Below are positions 53,721 to 62,676 of a DNA stretch of 64,000 nucleotides, piece after piece (position 1 is the stretch's first letter; every line of letters starts with the position of its first letter). The notes beneath the pieces were generated by a model. It saw only the letters and a program-made list of their open reading frames with translations, did no database searches and was not told the DNA's origin. The DNA is taken from the NCBI GenBank assembly GCA_963750165.1, contig CAVVPN010000011.1:544001-608000 (forward strand), written 5' to 3'. A program made the position numbers and the translations under genes. The stretch comes from an uncultured Gemmataceae bacterium (GTDB lineage Bacteria > Planctomycetota > Planctomycetia > Gemmatales > Gemmataceae).

Positions 53721-53788
53721 GGCAAGCGGCGCGGCGTCAGTCCGCCGGTGCGGACCAGCACCGGCGGGCTGACGCCGCGCCGCTCGCC
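53721..53788. repeat. REP-like palindrome family D, copy 2
   Basis: agcggcgcggcgtcagtccgccggtgc...gcaccggcgggctgacgccgcgccgct. Confidence 0.8.
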
Positions 53789-53919
53789 AAAGCCGACTCA
53801 TTGTCGAGGTCTTCTACCGAGCACATCGCGCTTGCTTTCGACGTTTCTCCACTCGATACTACTTCCAGGGCTGACCCCCTCGCCCCACTTTCCCAAATCA
53901 CCGCAGGAGAAGCCATCCC

Positions 53920-56378
53920 GTGAACGAACAATCTTCCCCCGGCACCCCCGCCCGTTGCGCCGCGGCGTTGACCGCGCTGCTGGGCCTGTTCACCGCGTCG
54001 CCGCTGGAGGCCCAGACCGGCTATCAGAAACCGCCGAAGGAAATCCTGGACGCGCTCAAGGCCCCGCCGACGCCGCAGGTGTCGGTCAGCCCGGACGCCG
54101 AGCACGCGCTGCTGATGCAAGGCGAGACCGCCCCGGGCATCGCCGAGGTGGCCCAGCCGATGCTGCGCCTGGCGGGCCTGCGGATCAACCCGGCGACCAA
54201 CGGTCCACACCTGCCGCCGCGCATCCAGGGCCTGACGCTGGTGCGTCTGCCGGGGGGCGAGCACGTCCCGGTGAAGGGTCTGCCGGAGCAGGCCAACCTG
54301 AACGCGGCGCTGTGGTCGTTCGACGGCAAGCGCTTCGCCTTCACGCACACCACCAGGACCGGCATCGAACTGTGGGTCGGCGACGCGGCCACGGCCCAGG
54401 CACGGCGGTTGCCAGGCGTGACGCTGAACGCGGTCTACGGGCCGACGGTGCAGTGGCTGCAGGATGGCAAGACGCTGCTCTGCCTGGTGGTGCCCGTCGC
54501 GCGCGGCCCCGCCCCAGCCGTCCCCATGGTTCCGACCGGCCCGACCATCCAGGAGAGTTACGGCAAGGTCTCCCCGGCATGGACCTATCAGGATTTGCTG
54601 CGAAACGCCCACGATGCGGCCCTGTTTGACTATTACGCCACCGCCCAGCTGGCCCGCGTGGACACGGCCACCGGGAGGCGAACCGCCGTCGGCAAGCCCG
54701 CCATTTTTGGCACGGTGACCCCGTCGCCGGACGGTAAATTGCTGCTCGTTAGTCGGGTAGTGCGGCCCTACTCTTACCTGCTGCCTGTCACCTCCTTCGC
54801 GCGTGAAATCGAGGTGTGGGACCAGAACAGCAAGAAGGTGCATACGGTGGCCAGCCTGCCGCTGGCGGACCAGGTGCCGATCGAGGGAGTGCCGACAGGA
54901 CCGCGGCAGGTCCACTGGCGGCCGACGGCACCGGCGACGCTGATCTGGGCTGAGGCGCTGGACGGCGGCGACCCGAAAAAGAAGGTGGCGCACCGCGACC
55001 GCTTGCTGGCGCTGGCGGCGCCGTTCACGGGCAAGCCGACGGCCTGGCACAAGACGGTGCAGCGCTTCCTGGGCGTCACCTGGGGCGAGCCGGACCTGGC
55101 ACTGATCCAGGATTACGACCGGAATAAGCGCTGGTCCCGGACGGTGCTGGTCAACGCCGACAACCCGGCGAAGAAACCGCGTGAAGTCTGGAGTTTGTCG
55201 AATCAGGACCGCTACAAGCACCCGGGAGCGCCGGTGCTGCGCACGCTGCCGAACGGTCACCGCATCCTGCAACAACACAACGGCAACATCTTCCTGATCG
55301 GCCAGGGGGCCTCGCCCAGGGGGGATCTGCCGTTTCTGGACCGCATGAACCTGACCACGTTGAAGACGGAGCGCTATTCCGCAGCGCGGAGAAAACCTAC
55401 GAGGCGGTGCTGGCCGTGCTGGCGCCGGACGGCTCCCGAGTGCTGACGCGCTTCGAGACGCCGACGGACCCGCCGAACTATTTCACGCGCGCGCTGCCGG
55501 ACGGCAAGAAAGGCCGGCTGACCGACTTCGCCGACCCGGCCCCGCAACTGCGCGGCATTCAGAGCCGGCTGGTCACGTACAAGCGCGCCGACGGCGTCCC
55601 GCTGTCATTCACACTGTACCTGCCGCCGGGCTACCAGGAAGGCCAGCGGCTGCCGGCGGTGCTCTGGGCGTACCCGCGGGAATACCTGGACGCCAGCACT
55701 GCCGGCCAGGTCAGCGGCTCGCCGTACCACTTCACGACCCTGCGCGGCCCAACGCACCTGTTTTTCCTGTTGCGCGGCTACGTCGTCCTGGACGGCGCCA
55801 CCATGCCGGTCATCGGCAACCCGGAAACGGTCAACAACACCTACGTCGAGCAAATCGTCTCCAGCGCCAGGGCGGCCATCGACAAGGCGGACGAGCTGGG
55901 TGTGATCGACCGCCAGCGTGTGGGCGTCGGCGGCCACAGTTATGGGGCGTTCATGACGGCGAACCTGCTGGCCCACTCGAACCTGTTCCGGGCCGGCATC
56001 GCTCGCAGCGGCGCCTACAACCGCACGTTGACGCCGTTCGGCTTCCAGAGCGAGCGCCGCACGTTCTGGGAAGCGCCGGAGCTGTACTTCAAGGTGTCGC
56101 CGTTCATGCACGCCCACAAGATCAAGTCGCCGATCCTGCTGATTCACGGCGAGCAGGACAACAACTCCGGCACGTTCCCGATTCAGAGCGAGCGGCTGTA
56201 CATGGCCATCAAGGGCAACGGCGGCGACGTCCGCTACGTGACGCTGCCGCACGAGTCGCACGGCTACCTGGCGCGCGAGTCCGTCGAGCACACGCTGTAC
56301 GAGATGCTGACGTGGTTTGATCGGTTCGTGAAGCACACGCCCGGCGCCCGGAAGAACGGCAAGCCCGGCCCGGAATGA
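53920..56378 (+). CDS. S9 family (prolyl oligopeptidase clan, glutamyl-peptidase-like) serine peptidase, frameshift near 55375
   Basis: Signal peptide and propeller region, then WAYPRE, GGHSYGAFMTANL, GAYNRTLTPFGFQ, HGEQD and ESHGY. Confidence 0.9.
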
Positions 56379-56545
56379 CAGAACCGGAACCGGTCCCTGT
56401 GAAAAGGCAACGCCTGCGCCGGCCGTGGCGGACGCTCAACGTTCCACGAGGCCGCTGTCATCGGTTCGCGGATTGCTGAAGGGAACTCTGTGTGGGATAA
56501 CAACAGGGGGTGCTTTCCGTCCCGGGTTCCGGGGAGGTCGTTCTG

Positions 56546-57115
56546 ATGACAAACAACGTGAAGCGTTTCTGGATGGTTATGGTGGGGGCGTTGCTGTGCC
56601 TGACCCTGGCCACCGCGGCGGATCTGGGCGCGATCCGCGGCGCACAGGAGCCCGGCCAAGAAAAAGATAAACCCGACCAGGGCGACAAGGGCAAGAAAAA
56701 GGACGAAAAGAAGAAACCGCGGGAAATCTACGGCACCATCGATTTGCGTGATGGTTCGACGATCCAGTGCCAGTTTCTGACGCCCAAGGAGATCACCCTC
56801 CAACTGGAGGATCTGGGCATGGTGACGGTGCCCCTCGCTCAAATCCGGTTCGTGGAAAGTGAGTCCGCCCAGAACCGTGTCTCCACCTTCGGTCTGGACC
56901 TGTTCGTCGGCACGATCACCACGCCGGAGTTCAAGGTGCGACTGCTGAACACCAAACAGGAGGTGACCGTCAAGCGCGAACGCATCAAGCGCATGAACTT
57001 CCCCGATGCGCCGCAGCCGATGGAGTCGCTGTTCTCCGAAGCAAAACCGTTACCGATACCGAAAGACAAGAAGGACAAGAAGGACAAGAAGGGCAAGTCA
57101 AAACCCGAAATGTGA
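56546..57115 (+). CDS. Hypothetical secreted protein
   Basis: GGAGG RBS, signal-like N-terminus and Lys/Asp-rich ends. Confidence 0.65.
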   Translation: MTNNVKRFWMVMVGALLCLTLATAADLGAIRGAQEPGQEKDKPDQGDKGKKKDEKKKPREIYGTIDLRDGSTIQCQFLTPKEITLQLEDLGMVTVPLAQIRFVESESAQNRVSTFGLDLFVGTITTPEFKVRLLNTKQEVTVKRERIKRMNFPDAPQPMESLFSEAKPLPIPKDKKDKKDKKGKSKPEM

Positions 57116-57135
57116 GCCCGTTTGGCAGGTCGTTT

Positions 57136-57200
57136 TCGTTCGTAGTTTCGCCTTCAGGCGGTCTTCGCTCAAGACCGCCTGAAGGCGGAACTACGAACGA
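57136..57200. repeat. Intact GTAG-type REP doublet (same family as the interrupted one at 39223-39705)
   Basis: tcgttcgtagtttcgccttcaggcggtctt-cgctc-aagaccgcctgaaggcggaactacgaacga. Confidence 0.85.
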
Positions 57201-57205
57201 ACCCC

Positions 57206-58222
57206 TCAGCCCAGGTCGCGGCCGAGCGCCCGGGCCACCTGGCGGCACTCCTGCATCAGCTGGCGGAAGGCCGCGGGCGTCAGCGCCTGGAAGCCGTCGC
57301 TGAGCGCCTTGCCCGGGTCGGGGTGGACCTCCACGATCAGCCCGTCCGCGCCCGCGGCCACCGCGGCGCGGGCCATCGGCACCACCAGGTTCGCCTTGCC
57401 GGTGCCGTGGCTCGGGTCCACCATCACCGGCAGGTGCGTGGTCTGCTGCAGGTGCGGCACCGTCGCCAGCGGCAGCGTGAAGCGCGTGTGGTCCTCGAAC
57501 GTGCGGATGCCGCGCTCGCACAGGATCACCTGCGCGTTGCCCGTTTTGAGGATGTACTCCGCCGCCAGCAGGAACTCGTCCATCGTGGCGCTGGGGCCGC
57601 GCTTGAGCAGCACCGGCAGCTTGCTTTCGCCGACCGCCTCCAGCAGCGGATAGTTCTGCATGTTCCGCGCCCCTACCTGGAGCACGTCCGCGTAGTTGCC
57701 GACCAGCGCCACCTGCTCCGGCGCCATCACCTCCGTCACGACCGCCAGCCCCGTCTCCTCGCGGGCCAGGGCCAGCAGCTCCAGGCCCTTTTCCTTCATG
57801 CCCTGAAAACTGTACGGGCTGGTGCGCGGCTTGAACGCGCCGCCGCGCAGGCCGGTCGCGCCCGCCTCCTTGACAAGGTGCGCGATTTCGAGGATTTGCG
57901 CCCGACTCTCGACCGAACACGGGCCGGCGATGACGCCGATGACCTTGCCGCCGACCTGGAGCCGGCGGGCACTGACGCAGGTGCGCTCCTTCTTGACCTC
58001 GGTGCTCGCCATCTTGTACGGGGCCAGGATCGGAACCACTTTCTCCACCCCTTCCAGTGTCTCGAGCGCCTGCTTGGCGCCGTCGCGCTTCTCGCCGAGG
58101 GCCGCCACCACCGTGCGCTCGGTGCCGACGATCACCTGGCTGTTCAGTCCGAGTTGCCGGATGCGCTCGACCACGTCGTCGAGCAGGCGCTGCGCCGCGC
58201 CCGGTTTCATGACCACGATCAT
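57206..58222 (-). CDS. aroF: 3-deoxy-7-phosphoheptulonate (DAHP) synthase, type I-beta with N-terminal regulatory domain
   Basis: MIVVMK start after [46 protein letters not shown] and DPSHGTG. Confidence 0.95.
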   Translation of the reverse strand: MIVVMKPGAAQRLLDDVVERIRQLGLNSQVIVGTERTVVAALGEKRDGAKQALETLEGVEKVVPILAPYKMASTEVKKERTCVSARRLQVGGKVIGVIAGPCSVESRAQILEIAHLVKEAGATGLRGGAFKPRTSPYSFQGMKEKGLELLALAREETGLAVVTEVMAPEQVALVGNYADVLQVGARNMQNYPLLEAVGESKLPVLLKRGPSATMDEFLLAAEYILKTGNAQVILCERGIRTFEDHTRFTLPLATVPHLQQTTHLPVMVDPSHGTGKANLVVPMARAAVAAGADGLIVEVHPDPGKALSDGFQALTPAAFRQLMQECRQVARALGRDLG

Positions 58223-58329
58223 TGGGAAACTCCCTGGGGTACTGGTTACGGAACCTGCGCTCTTCCCTGCGACCCTGCCGGCGTTTCCCTCCGCCAGAAG
58301 AACCGTCCTGCCGTGAGGTCGCACAACTG

Positions 58330-58391
58330 CCGTACCGGCAAGCGGCCCGCTTGCCGGTTGTCGTCGGCAAGCGGGCCGCTTGCCGGTACGG
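58330..58391. repeat. REP-like doublet in the aroF 5' region
   Basis: ccgtaccggcaagcggcccgcttgccgg...tcggcaagcgggccgcttgccggtacgg. Confidence 0.8.
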
Positions 58392-58398
58392 GGCACAC

Positions 58399-58441
58399 AA
58401 ACGCAAACGGCCCTGAAACCCGTGTTGGGTTTCAGGGCCGT
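58399..58441 (-). terminator. Attenuator terminator upstream of aroF
   Basis: Perfect 15-bp stem (58407-58421 / 58427-58441) with a 5-nt loop, then TTGCGTTT on the minus strand. Confidence 0.8.
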
Positions 58442-58471
58442 GAGTGTTTCAAGAGCAAACCCGGAACCACC

Positions 58472-58534
58472 TCACATCCTGACACCCAGGAGAGGGGTAA
58501 AGTAAAACCAGAACCGGGAAACCAAGCTCTGCAT
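58472..58534 (-). CDS. Putative aroF leader peptide MQSLVSRFWFYFTPLLGVRM
   Basis: A 20-codon ORF with five consecutive aromatic codons (TTC TGG TTT TAC TTT). Its 3' end is complementary to the 5' arm of the downstream terminator. Confidence 0.8.
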   Translation of the reverse strand: MQSLVSRFWFYFTPLLGVRM

Positions 58535-58550
58535 CGTCAATCCGGGTTGG

Positions 58551-58588
58551 AAAAGAGGCCCCGCGGTGAGATAGACACCGCGGGGCCT
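58551..58588 (-). terminator. Intrinsic terminator upstream of the leader ORF
   Basis: Perfect 13-bp stem aggccccgcggtg / caccgcggggcct with a 7-nt loop, then CTTTT. Confidence 0.75.
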
Positions 58589-58770
58589 TACGAACAAATT
58601 ACGGCTGCACCGACGGCAGCCCGTCGGCGGCGTCAGCTCAGCCGCACCTGGTTACCACTACACACGGGACCACCTCCTTCCGCTAGACACTCCCCAGCCC
58701 CGGGCGGATACCAGCACACACGGGGGTGGGCTCTAGCCCGTCACGCCACGGTAGCGCGACCCGATCAAAC
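58551..58770 (-). ncRNA. Putative structured small transcript carrying a 10-codon ORF (58633-58665, MCSGNQVRLS)
   Basis: Bounded by a promoter and a terminator. AAGGAGGTGGTCC SD with 7 nt between AAGGAGG and the GTG. Several stems. Confidence 0.5.
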
Positions 58771-58776
58771 AAAGAG

Positions 58777-58805
58777 ATCATACACACGACCGAAAACCGG
58801 GGCAA
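58777..58805 (-). promoter_or_regulatory. Sigma70-type promoter
   Basis: TTGCCC-N17-TATGAT with TGTG just upstream of the -10. Confidence 0.65.
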
Positions 58806-58871
58806 GCGGTTCGCGCCTTTTTCTCGATTTCCCGCCCGGCGCCGCGGCCGCACAATCTCTATAATGCCGGC

Positions 58872-59543
58872 ATGTATGTATTGCTGTTTGACATCGACGG
58901 CACCCTGCTGAACAGCGGCGGCGCCGGAAAGTCCGCCATCGAGGAAGCGCTGGCGGTCCAGTTCGGCGTCGCGGTTACCGCTCAGGTAACCTACAGCGGC
59001 CGTACCGACCGCGCCATCGGCCGCGACCTGCTGCGGCTGCACGGCATCGCCGAGACGGCCGAGAACTGGCAGCGGCTGCTGACCGGCTACCTGGAGCGCC
59101 TGCCGGCGGCCCTGGCGCGACACCGCGGCCAGGTGTTGCCGGGCATCGCGGAACTGATCGGACAGCTGGAGGCGCGGACGGACGCGGTGCTGGGGCTGCT
59201 GACCGGCAACGTCCACGCCGGGGCACGGCTGAAGCTCGGCCATTTCGGCCTGTTCGAGCAGTTCGCGTTCGGCGGCTTCGGCGACCACCATTACGACCGC
59301 GACGAGGTGGCGCACCTGGCCCTGGCGGCGGCGCGGGCGCATCTGAAGCGTGAGGTTGCCGCGGAGCGGGTGTGGGTGATCGGCGACACGCCGCTGGACG
59401 TGCGCTGTGCGCGGGCCATCGGGGCGCGGGCCGTGGCGGTGGCGACCGGCTGGCATTCGCTGGGGGAGTTGGCGGCGGTGGGGCCGGACGTGCTGGTGGC
59501 GGATTTGTCGGACCCGCTGCCGCTGCTGGAGCGGTTGACCTGA
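58872..59543 (+). CDS. HAD-family hydrolase (phosphoglycolate phosphatase-like), probably leaderless
   Basis: FDIDGTL, LLTGN and IGDTPLD. TATAAT lies 6 nt before the ATG and there is no SD. Confidence 0.9.
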   Translation: MYVLLFDIDGTLLNSGGAGKSAIEEALAVQFGVAVTAQVTYSGRTDRAIGRDLLRLHGIAETAENWQRLLTGYLERLPAALARHRGQVLPGIAELIGQLEARTDAVLGLLTGNVHAGARLKLGHFGLFEQFAFGGFGDHHYDRDEVAHLALAAARAHLKREVAAERVWVIGDTPLDVRCARAIGARAVAVATGWHSLGELAAVGPDVLVADLSDPLPLLERLT

Positions 59544-59558
59544 GAAGGAGAGTCGGCC

Positions 59559-61616
59559 ATGCACACCTGGCAAGTCGGTGTTGTCGGCGGGTTGGTGGTC
59601 GTTGCTCAGCTGCTCGCCCAGCCAGGGGCCGCCCCCGGCCAGGAAAAGGAGAACGTGTTCAAGGCGGACGTGGTCGTCTACGGCGGCACGCCGGGCGGCA
59701 TCATCGCCGCCGTGACGGTGGCACGCGAGGGCAAGCGCGTCGTGCTGCTGGAGCCGGGTAAGCACCTCGGCGGCATGCTCACCGGCGGCCTGTGCGCCAC
59801 CGACACGGGTAACCGCGCCACCATCGGCGGTTACTCCCGCAAGTTCTTCAACCGCGTCCGTGCCTACTACGTCAAGAAGTACGGCGCGAAGTCCGAGCAG
59901 GTGCGCGACTGCTCCGACGGCTTTCGGCCCGAGCCGCACGTCGCCGCCATCATCTTCAAGGAGATGCTGGCCGAGGCGAAGGTCACGGTGCATTATGATT
60001 CCCCGCTCGCGGCCGTGGGGTTTGAAAACAAGATCCCCCGCATATTAAACATCGGGACCCGTGAGAAAATCTATTTCGCCAAGGTCTTCATTGATGCGAC
60101 CTATGAGGGTGATTTGCTCGCGCTGGCCGGCGTCAAATACGCCGCGGGCCGAGAGGGCCGAGAACAATACAACGAGTCGCTGGCCGGCGTTCAGGAATTC
60201 AGCAAGTTCCACCAGTTCTCCGTCAAGGTGTCGCCCTACGACGACAACAAAAAGTTGCTTCCGTTGGTGCAACCGTGGCCCTACGGCAAGCCGGGCGAAG
60301 GCGACAAGAAAGTGCAGGCGTACAACTTCCGCCTGTGCCTGACGCGGAACCCCGACCTGCGGATGCCCTGGCCCAAACCCAACAAATACGATCCGAAGCG
60401 CTTTGAATTGCTGGCCCGCTATCTGGAGAAGAACCCCACGGTCAAGTTCGGTCAATTGTGCAACCCCGTCAAGTTGCCCAACGGCAAGACCGACACGAAT
60501 AACAATGGCCCCATTTCCACGGACCACATCGGCGCCAACTACGATTATCCGGACGGCGATGTCAAGACTCGCAAGCGCATCCATGACGATCACGTCGAGT
60601 ACACCAAGGGCTTCTTCTACTTCCTCGCCACCGACCCGCGCGTGCCCAAAAAGTTGCAAGCGGAGGTCAACAGCTGGGGCCCGTCAAAGGGCGAGCACGT
60701 GGACAACGACGGCTGGCCGCACCAGCTCTACATCCGCGAAACGCGGCGCATGATCGGCGCCTACGTGATGACGCAAAGCGATTTGCTGGTCAATCGCACC
60801 AAACCCGATTCCGTTGGCCTGGGCTCTTACAACGCCGACTCGCATCACGTGCAGCGCGTCGTCAAGGACGGCTTCGTCATCAACGAGGGTGATTTCCAGG
60901 TCGGCGTGAAGCCGTATGCCATCCCCTACCGCAGCCTGATCCCGAAGGAAACGGAGTGTACCAATCTGCTGGTGCCGGTGTGCGTGTCCACGTCGCACGT
61001 GGCCTACGGGACCGTGCGCATGGAGCCGGTGTTCATGATTCTCGGCCAGGCGGCCGGCAACGCCGCGGTGCTCGCCATCGACGGCGGCAGCAGCGTGCAG
61101 AAAGTTTTGATAGAGAAATTGCAGGCGAAACTGAAGGTTCAGAAAGCAGTGCTGTCACCGGAGGGCCTGACGCCGAAAAGCCCGCTCAGCCTGGACCCCG
61201 CGAAGTTGCCGGGCATTGTCGTCGATGACACGCAGGCGAAAAAGACCGGCACCTGGCACGAGTCCAAGTCGGTCGGCCCGTTTGTGGGCGCCGGCTACCT
61301 GCACGACAACAACGAGAACCAGGGCAAATGCAGCATCCGCTTCACACCGAACCTGCCCGCCGCAGGCAAGTATGAGGTGCGCGTGTTCTACACCGCCAAC
61401 CCCAACCGCGCCACCCGCGTCCCGGTGAAAGTCTTCAGTGACGAAGGCTCGCTCTACGACCAGATCAATCAGCGGCAGCCGCTGAAGAACAACGAGGGCC
61501 GCAGCCTGGGTGTGTTCGAGTTTGTCGCTGGAATGAAGGGCTACGTGGAAATCCGCAATGACGGTGCCAACGGCTTTGTTGTCGCCGACGCGGTGCAATT
61601 TATTCCGCAAAAGTAA
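59559..61616 (+). CDS. Secreted FAD-dependent oxidoreductase with C-terminal golvesin/xanthan-lyase-like beta-sandwich
   Basis: VVVYGGTPGG, FIDATYEGD, QAYNFR, YIRETRR and RMEPVFM. C-terminal GIVVDD...GKYEVR...VVADAVQF. Confidence 0.88.
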   Translation: MHTWQVGVVGGLVVVAQLLAQPGAAPGQEKENVFKADVVVYGGTPGGIIAAVTVAREGKRVVLLEPGKHLGGMLTGGLCATDTGNRATIGGYSRKFFNRVRAYYVKKYGAKSEQVRDCSDGFRPEPHVAAIIFKEMLAEAKVTVHYDSPLAAVGFENKIPRILNIGTREKIYFAKVFIDATYEGDLLALAGVKYAAGREGREQYNESLAGVQEFSKFHQFSVKVSPYDDNKKLLPLVQPWPYGKPGEGDKKVQAYNFRLCLTRNPDLRMPWPKPNKYDPKRFELLARYLEKNPTVKFGQLCNPVKLPNGKTDTNNNGPISTDHIGANYDYPDGDVKTRKRIHDDHVEYTKGFFYFLATDPRVPKKLQAEVNSWGPSKGEHVDNDGWPHQLYIRETRRMIGAYVMTQSDLLVNRTKPDSVGLGSYNADSHHVQRVVKDGFVINEGDFQVGVKPYAIPYRSLIPKETECTNLLVPVCVSTSHVAYGTVRMEPVFMILGQAAGNAAVLAIDGGSSVQKVLIEKLQAKLKVQKAVLSPEGLTPKSPLSLDPAKLPGIVVDDTQAKKTGTWHESKSVGPFVGAGYLHDNNENQGKCSIRFTPNLPAAGKYEVRVFYTANPNRATRVPVKVFSDEGSLYDQINQRQPLKNNEGRSLGVFEFVAGMKGYVEIRNDGANGFVVADAVQFIPQK

Positions 61617-61726
61617 CGGCGTTACGGCATCACAGCGCCTTATTTTGCTTGACGGCGATTGCCGGTAGTGTTCAACTGTCTAAACGTTCGCCACCGTTCA
61701 CCCACGTTCAACGAAGAGAGCCCACC

Positions 61727-62617
61727 ATGCCCGTCATCAATTGCCCCAACGGCCACTCCATCCGGGTCGGCGACCAGCACGTCGGTCAGCTGGTCAAATG
61801 CCCCACCTGTCAGGCGTCGTTTGTCGCCAACGGCAACGGCCAGGGTGGCGAATTCGCCGAGTTGAGCGGCGGCGGCAGTACGGCCACACCCCGCGGCGGC
61901 AAGGCCGTGGCTGGGTTGTCAGGCCTCGTCGGGATGGTCAACTCGTTCGTCGGCAAACCGCTGCTGTTCGTGGGGCTGTTCCTCGTGGTCCTCGGCCGCG
62001 GCTGTGACGCGACCAGCATGCGGGCGGCCTCGCGGAGTGAGGCGCAGTATCGCCAGCTCCGGGTGCCGTTCCAGATGGAATGGGACACCAAACTGGCGAC
62101 CGCCCAGCAGAACATCGAGAAGAAAAACCGGCAGATGCACGAGTTGAATGCGAACCGCTTCAAGAAGGACGCCGGGGACCCCGCGGAACTCCAGAAGCGG
62201 TCGGAAAAGCTGAATGAGGAAATGACCGCCCTGAACAAGGAGCAGACCAAGCTGCGCGAGGATTATCAGACGGCGCTGTTCGATAAAGAGCACGGCGACT
62301 GGAAGCCGACGCACGAGGCGGCGCTGAGCGCCGTGAACCACCACCGCATGTGGGGCTACTGGTTCGAGATGGTGTTCATCTTCGGCACCATGGTGCTGCT
62401 GGCCGGCATCCTGACGCTGGCCTTCACCGGCCAGGGGGCCGAGCGCTGGGTCGCCTACATCATGATCGCCATCATCACCTTCAGTATCTACGTCGGCGGC
62501 GCCGCCTGGATCGAATCGATCGTTACCTCCACCACCAGTAATATCCCCGGCTCCGGAGGCGGCGGCGGCCCACTTGGGGGGCCGCGCTTCGAGGAGAAGG
62601 GTCCGCGCTTCCCCTGA
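61727..62617 (+). CDS. Hypothetical membrane protein with N-terminal zinc ribbon and coiled coil
   Basis: CPNGH...KCPTC, one TM helix, a long coiled coil and two C-terminal TM helices. Confidence 0.7.
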   Translation: MPVINCPNGHSIRVGDQHVGQLVKCPTCQASFVANGNGQGGEFAELSGGGSTATPRGGKAVAGLSGLVGMVNSFVGKPLLFVGLFLVVLGRGCDATSMRAASRSEAQYRQLRVPFQMEWDTKLATAQQNIEKKNRQMHELNANRFKKDAGDPAELQKRSEKLNEEMTALNKEQTKLREDYQTALFDKEHGDWKPTHEAALSAVNHHRMWGYWFEMVFIFGTMVLLAGILTLAFTGQGAERWVAYIMIAIITFSIYVGGAAWIESIVTSTTSNIPGSGGGGGPLGGPRFEEKGPRFP

Positions 62618-62676
62618 TGCACCCCGGCCGCCGGCGCGGCGCCGACGGCCCGCCCGCACCACGACCCGAGGGCACC

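Noticed and set aside
58223..58396. 58-aa N-terminal extension of AroF in the ORF track
   Set aside because: It is translated REP sequence. The MIVVMK start at 58222 has an RBS and matches the family N-terminus.
58600..58770. tRNA, T-box or 16S rRNA fragment
   Set aside because: There is no cloverleaf or TTC loop, UGGUAACC does not match the UGGNACC T-box bulge context, and similarity to 16S is limited to the 13-nt anti-SD complement.
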